Source: Escherichia coli (lineage in GTDB: Bacteria; Pseudomonadota; Gammaproteobacteria; Enterobacterales; Enterobacteriaceae). Taken from it: a stretch of 64,000 nucleotides of DNA. Under the pieces are notes generated by a model. That model was not told the DNA's origin. It saw nothing but the letters and a program-made list of their open reading frames with translations, and did not search any database. The first letter of the stretch is position 1; each line of letters opens with the position of its first letter. Of this stretch, positions 58,713 to 64,000 are shown one piece after another. Location of the stretch: assembly GCF_044324875.1 (NCBI RefSeq), contig NZ_CP172185.1. One strand, written 5' to 3'. The translations under genes were made by a program, and so were the position numbers.

Positions 58713-59738
58713 ATGGCAACAATAAAAGATGTAGCGAAACGAGCAAACGTTTCCACTACAACTGTGTCACACGTGATCAACAAAACACGTTTCGTCGCTG
58801 AAGAAACGCGCAACGCCGTGTGGGCAGCGATTAAAGAATTACACTACTCCCCTAGCGCGGTGGCGCGTAGTCTGAAGGTTAACCACACCAAGTCTATCGG
58901 TTTGCTGGCGACCAGCAGCGAAGCGGCCTATTTTGCCGAGATCATTGAAGCGGTTGAAAAAAATTGCTTCCAGAAAGGTTACACCCTGATTCTGGGCAAT
59001 GCGTGGAACAATCTTGAGAAACAGCGGGCTTATCTGTCGATGATGGCGCAAAAACGCGTCGATGGTCTGCTGGTGATGTGTTCTGAGTACCCAGAGCCGT
59101 TGCTGGCGATGCTGGAAGAGTATCGCCATATCCCAATGGTGGTGATGGACTGGGGTGAAGCAAAAGCTGACTTCACCGATGCGGTCATTGATAACGCGTT
59201 CGAAGGCGGCTACATGGCCGGGCGTTATCTGATTGAACGCGGTCACCGCGAAATCGGCGTCATCCCCGGCCCGCTGGAACGTAACACCGGCGCAGGCCGC
59301 CTTGCCGGTTTTATGAAGGCGATGGAAGAAGCGATGATCAAGGTGCCGGAAAGCTGGATTGTGCAGGGTGACTTTGAACCCGAATCTGGTTATCGCGCCA
59401 TGCAGCAAATCCTGTCGCAGCCGCATCGCCCTACTGCCGTCTTCTGTGGTGGCGATATCATGGCAATGGGCGCACTTTGTGCTGCTGATGAAATGGGCCT
59501 GCGCGTCCCGCAGGATGTTTCGCTGATTGGTTATGATAACGTGCGCAACGCCCGCTATTTTACGCCGGCGCTGACCACGATCCATCAGCCAAAAGATTCG
59601 CTGGGCGAAACGGCGTTCAATATGCTGTTGGATCGTATCGTCAATAAACGCGAAGAACCGCAATCCATTGAAGTGCATCCGCGGTTGATTGAACGCCGCT
59701 CCGTGGCTGACGGCCCGTTCCGCGACTATCGTCGTTAA
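58713..59738 (+). CDS. purR: purine repressor PurR (LacI family)
   Basis: 341-aa [30 protein letters not shown]...; recognised. Confidence 0.95.
58742..58755. promoter_or_regulatory. second PUR-box-like site inside purR 5' coding region
   Basis: AGCAAACGTTTCCA. Confidence 0.4.
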
Positions 59739-60667
59739 TCACCCGTTGCGGGAGTCTCTTCCGGCTCCCGCAGCCACTCCTTATTCAGCGTCTCACTATC
59801 GCCGAGATACTCAAGCAACCAGGTTAACGCAGGCGACATATCATTTTGCTGCCATGTCAGACAGCATGCCGAATCCGGGAAGGGGTTTTCCAGTTCTAGT
59901 GCTACCCACTTACCCTCATTAAGCCACGGTTTGGCGAAATGTGTTGGCACCATCCCTATGCATAATCCTGCCGAGATACAGGTTGCCGATGATTCCCAGT
60001 CAGGCACGACAAGTCTTTTTTGGTTATCCAGCAACCAGGTAATACGTTTAGGTAGCGTTCGCGAGGTGTCTTCGCGCACCAACGACGGCCAGTTGCGCAA
60101 CGTATCATCGCTGAACGGGCCATCCATCAACGCCAGCGGGTGGTGACTGGCAACAACGCAACTCCAGCTTAGCATCCCCATATCCCGGAAGGCATAACGA
60201 CCGCCTACCGGAATCGCGCGTGTTGCGCCAATCGCCAGTTCCACGCGCCCGTCGGAAAGCGCATCCCAGACACCGTTGAACACTTCCTGAAAGACAAGAA
60301 GTTCGACATCATCAAAATGGCGATAAAAATCAACGATCATCTGCCGTGTACGTTCTGGCCTGACAATATTATCCACTGCGATAGCTAACTGACCGCGCCA
60401 GCCGTTCGCTATCTGCTGACATTGCTGCCGGGTGATCTGCATTTTTTTGACAACAGAGCGCCCTTCTTTGAGAAACCACGCCCCGGCAGCGGTCAGTTCC
60501 ACATCACGGTGACGTCGTTCAAACAGCGGCACCGCCAGCCACTCTTCCAGCTGACGCACGGTATAGCTGACCGCAGAAGGAACGCGATGCAACTCCTGTG
60601 CCGCAGCGCTAAAACTACCATTACGCGCTACCGCATCAACAACTTCGAGTGAATATTCTGACCACAT
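59735..60667 (-). CDS. punR: LysR-family transcriptional regulator
   Basis: 310-aa LysR-type ORF divergent from punC; synteny (ydhB). Confidence 0.85.
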
Positions 60668-60779
60668 AGTCTGCCTGCAAAATTTTTGAAACCAGTCATC
60701 AAATATTACCGTTTCACAACACTAATTTCACTCCCTACACTTTGCGGCGGTGTTTAATTGAGAGATTTAGAGAATATAC

Positions 60780-61991
60780 ATGCAACCTGGGAAAAGATTT
60801 TTAGTCTGGCTGGCGGGTTTGAGCGTACTCGGTTTTCTGGCAACCGATATGTATCTGCCTGCTTTCGCCGCCATACAGGCCGACCTGCAAACGCCTGCGT
60901 CTGCTGTCAGTGCCAGCCTTAGTCTGTTCCTTGCCGGTTTTGCCGCAGCCCAGCTTCTGTGGGGGCCGCTCTCCGACCGTTATGGTCGTAAACCGGTATT
61001 ATTAATCGGCCTGACAATTTTTGCGTTAGGTAGTCTGGGGATGCTGTGGGTAGAAAACGCCGCTACGCTGCTGGTATTGCGTTTTGTACAGGCTGTGGGT
61101 GTCTGCGCCGCGGCGGTTATCTGGCAAGCGTTAGTGACGGATTATTATCCTTCACAGAAAGTTAACCGTATTTTTGCGACCATCATGCCGCTGGTGGGTC
61201 TATCTCCGGCACTGGCTCCTCTGTTAGGAAGCTGGCTGCTGGTCCATTTTTCCTGGCAGGCGATTTTCGCCACCCTGTTTGCCATTACCGTGGTGCTGAT
61301 TCTGCCTATTTTCTGGCTCAAACCCACGACGAAGGCCCGTAACAATAGTCAGGATGGTCTGACCTTTACCGACCTGCTACGTTCTAAAACCTATCGCGGC
61401 AACGTGCTGATATATGCAGCCTGTTCAGCCAGTTTTTTTGCATGGCTGACCGGCTCACCGTTCATCCTTAGTGAAATGGGCTACAGCCCGGCAGTTATTG
61501 GTTTAAGTTATGTCCCGCAAACTATCGCGTTTCTGATTGGTGGTTATGGCTGTCGCGCCGCACTGCAGAAATGGCAAGGCAAGCAGTTATTACCGTGGTT
61601 GCTGGTACTGTTTGCTGTCAGCGTCATTGCGACCTGGGCTGCGGGCTTCATTAGCCATGTGTCGCTAGTCGAAATCCTGATCCCATTCTGTGTGATGGCG
61701 ATTGCCAACGGCGCAATCTACCCGATTGTTGTCGCCCAAGCGCTGCGTCCCTTCCCACATGCAACTGGTCGCGCCGCAGCGTTGCAGAACACTCTACAAC
61801 TGGGTCTGTGCTTCCTCGCAAGTCTGGTAGTTTCCTGGCTTATCAGTATCAGCACGCCATTGCTCACCACCACCAGCGTGATGTTATCAACAGTAGTGCT
61901 GGTCGCTCTGGGTTACATGATGCAACGTTGTGAAGAAGTAGACTGCCAGAATCATGGCAATGCCGAAGTCGCTCATAGCGAATCACACTGA
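60780..61991 (+). CDS. punC: MFS transporter (purine nucleoside)
   Basis: 403-aa 12-TM ORF; synteny (ydhC). Confidence 0.85.
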   Translation: MQPGKRFLVWLAGLSVLGFLATDMYLPAFAAIQADLQTPASAVSASLSLFLAGFAAAQLLWGPLSDRYGRKPVLLIGLTIFALGSLGMLWVENAATLLVLRFVQAVGVCAAAVIWQALVTDYYPSQKVNRIFATIMPLVGLSPALAPLLGSWLLVHFSWQAIFATLFAITVVLILPIFWLKPTTKARNNSQDGLTFTDLLRSKTYRGNVLIYAACSASFFAWLTGSPFILSEMGYSPAVIGLSYVPQTIAFLIGGYGCRAALQKWQGKQLLPWLLVLFAVSVIATWAAGFISHVSLVEILIPFCVMAIANGAIYPIVVAQALRPFPHATGRAAALQNTLQLGLCFLASLVVSWLISISTPLLTTTSVMLSTVVLVALGYMMQRCEEVDCQNHGNAEVAHSESH

Positions 61992-62281
61992 TCTATATCG
62001 ATATACTTATACTTAGGCTGCTAACAAAATTTTGTTGTATGATTGAAATTAGCGGCCTATACTAATTTCGAGTTGTTAAAGCTACGATAAATATTATGTT
62101 TTTACGGGGACAGGATCGTTCCCGACTCACTATGGATGGTCATTTCGGCAAGGGTTCCTCCTTTCCCTCTGTTCTACGTCGGATTATAGACTCGCGGTTT
62201 TTTCTGCGAGATTTCTCACAAAGCCCAAAAAGCGTCTACGCTGTTTTAAGGTTCTGATCACCGACCAGTGATGGAGAAACT

Positions 62282-63430
62282 ATGAGTTCATCGTGTATAG
62301 AAGAAGTCAGTGTACCGGATGACAACTGGTACCGTATCGCCAACGAATTACTTAGCCGTGCCGGTATAGCCATTAACGGTTCTGCCCCGGCGGATATTCG
62401 TGTGAAAAACCCCGATTTTTTTAAACGCGTTCTGCAGGAAGGATCGTTGGGGTTAGGCGAAAGTTATATGGATGGCTGGTGGGAATGTGACCGACTGGAT
62501 ATGTTTTTTAGCAAAGTCTTACGCGCAGGTCTCGAGAACCAACTCCCCCATCATTTCAAAGACACGCTGCGTATTGCCGGCGCTCGTCTCTTCAATCTGC
62601 AGAGTAAAAAACGTGCCTGGATAGTCGGCAAAGAGCATTACGATTTGGGTAATGACTTGTTCAGCCGCATGCTTGATCCCTTCATGCAATATTCCTGCGC
62701 TTACTGGAAAGATGCCGATAATCTGGAATCTGCCCAGCAGGCGAAGCTCAAAATGATTTGTGAAAAATTGCAGTTAAAACCAGGGATGCGCGTACTGGAT
62801 ATTGGCTGCGGCTGGGGCGGACTGGCGCACTACATGGCATCTAATTATGACGTAAGCGTGGTTGGCGTCACCATTTCTGCCGAACAGCAAAAAATGGCTC
62901 AGGAACGCTGTGAAGGCCTGGATGTCGCCATTTTGCTGCAAGATTATCGTGACCTGAACGACCAGTTTGATCGTATTGTTTCTGTGGGGATGTTCGAGCA
63001 CGTCGGACCGAAAAATTACGATACCTATTTTGCGGTGGTGGATCGTAATTTGAAACCGGAAGGCATATTCCTGCTCCATACTATCGGTTCGAAAAAAACC
63101 GATCTGAATGTTGATCCCTGGATTAATAAATATATTTTTCCGAACGGTTGCCTGCCCTCTGTACGCCAGATTGCTCAGTCCAGCGAACCCCACTTTGTGA
63201 TGGAAGACTGGCATAACTTCGGTGCTGATTACGATACTACGTTGATGGCGTGGTATGAACGATTCCTCGCCGCATGGCCAGAAATTGCGGATAACTACAG
63301 TGAACGCTTTAAACGAATGTTTACCTATTATCTGAATGCCTGTGCAGGTGCTTTCCGCGCCCGTGATATTCAGCTCTGGCAGGTGGTGTTCTCTCGCGGA
63401 GTCGAAAACGGCCTTCGAGTCGCTCGCTAG
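62282..63430 (+). CDS. cfa: cyclopropane-fatty-acyl-phospholipid synthase
   Basis: 382-aa SAM-dependent methyltransferase (VLDIGCGWGG); recognised. Confidence 0.93.
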   Translation: MSSSCIEEVSVPDDNWYRIANELLSRAGIAINGSAPADIRVKNPDFFKRVLQEGSLGLGESYMDGWWECDRLDMFFSKVLRAGLENQLPHHFKDTLRIAGARLFNLQSKKRAWIVGKEHYDLGNDLFSRMLDPFMQYSCAYWKDADNLESAQQAKLKMICEKLQLKPGMRVLDIGCGWGGLAHYMASNYDVSVVGVTISAEQQKMAQERCEGLDVAILLQDYRDLNDQFDRIVSVGMFEHVGPKNYDTYFAVVDRNLKPEGIFLLHTIGSKKTDLNVDPWINKYIFPNGCLPSVRQIAQSSEPHFVMEDWHNFGADYDTTLMAWYERFLAAWPEIADNYSERFKRMFTYYLNACAGAFRARDIQLWQVVFSRGVENGLRVAR

Positions 63431-63440
63431 AGGCTATTCT

Positions 63441-63463
63441 ATCGCCCCCGCTCCGGGGGCGAT
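63441..63463. terminator. bidirectional terminator between convergent cfa and ribC
   Basis: Stem TCGCCCCC / GGGGGCGA with short loop and flanking T. Confidence 0.55.
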
Positions 63464-63469
63464 TTCAGA

Positions 63470-64000
63470 TCAGGCTTCTGTACCTGGTTGATTCATGGCA
63501 TTTTCTCGTGCCGCCAGCACTCGTTCTACCGTATCTACCACTGCCTGAGTTTGTGGATCGATTTCAATGTTGACGCGTGCGCCAAGTTTTTTCTTCCCAA
63601 GAGTCGTGCGTTCCAGGGTTTCCGGAATTAAATGGACGCAAAAACGCGTTGGCGTGACTTCGCCGACGGTCAGGCTAATACCGTCGATGCCAATAAATCC
63701 TTTGTACAGAATATATTTCATCAACTGACTATCCTGGACTTTAAACCAGATCTGGCGATTATTTTCCGAGGTTAATATTTTCGCCACTTCAGCGGTGGTC
63801 ATAATATGACCTGACATTAAGTGTCCGCCAATTTCATCACTGAATTTCGCCGCACGCTCAACGTTTACCCAATCCCCCACTTTTAAATCGCCAAGATTGG
63901 TAATGCGTAACGTTTCTTTCATGAGGTCAAAACTGACATGGTTGCCGTTAATTTCCGTTACGGTCAGGCAGCAACCGTTATGCGCCACGGACGCACCGGT
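63470..64000 (-). CDS. ribC: riboflavin synthase, 3' portion (gene start lies beyond window end)
   Basis: Reverse-strand frame open to the window edge (...[20 protein letters not shown]...); lumazine-binding repeat. Confidence 0.85.
   Translation of the reverse strand, partial: TGASVAHNGCCLTVTEINGNHVSFDLMKETLRITNLGDLKVGDWVNVERAAKFSDEIGGHLMSGHIMTTAEVAKILTSENNRQIWFKVQDSQLMKYILYKGFIGIDGISLTVGEVTPTRFCVHLIPETLERTTLGKKKLGARVNIEIDPQTQAVVDTVERVLAARENAMNQPGTEA

Overview
Enterobacterial (E. coli K-12-like) chromosome segment with the conserved gene order anmK–slyB–slyA–ydhIJK–sodC–ydhF–ydhL–nemR–nemA–gloA–rnt–lhr ... grxD–mepH–sodB–ydhP–ynhF–purR–punR–punC–cfa–ribC. The lhr helicase gene is split by a ~40.4 kb Mu-like transposable prophage (about 13285..53659) with a 5-bp target duplication; removing it restores an lhr frame of exactly 1538 codons, which also carries an independent in-frame TAA. 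The prophage has a Mu-type early region (c, ner, DDE transposase, MuB-like ATPase, Gam, GemA, Mor) lying as a block on the opposite strand to the late genes, and a plus-strand late region (holin, lytic transglycosylase, Rz/Rz1, terminase, portal, head, P2/Mu-type contractile tail, Stf-like tail fibre, Gin invertase with an invertible fibre segment). An IS21-family element (istA/istB) has inserted into the Rz spanin gene. The best candidates for undescribed biology are two accessory modules at the edges of the inverted early block: a minus-strand P-loop NTPase / 71-aa protein / Dam methyltransferase module between the repressor and the late operon, and a terminator-insulated 3-TM membrane protein at the prophage left end. 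I could not assign either a function from sequence alone. All calls rest on reading the sequence and ORF track and on recalled family knowledge; no database search was run.
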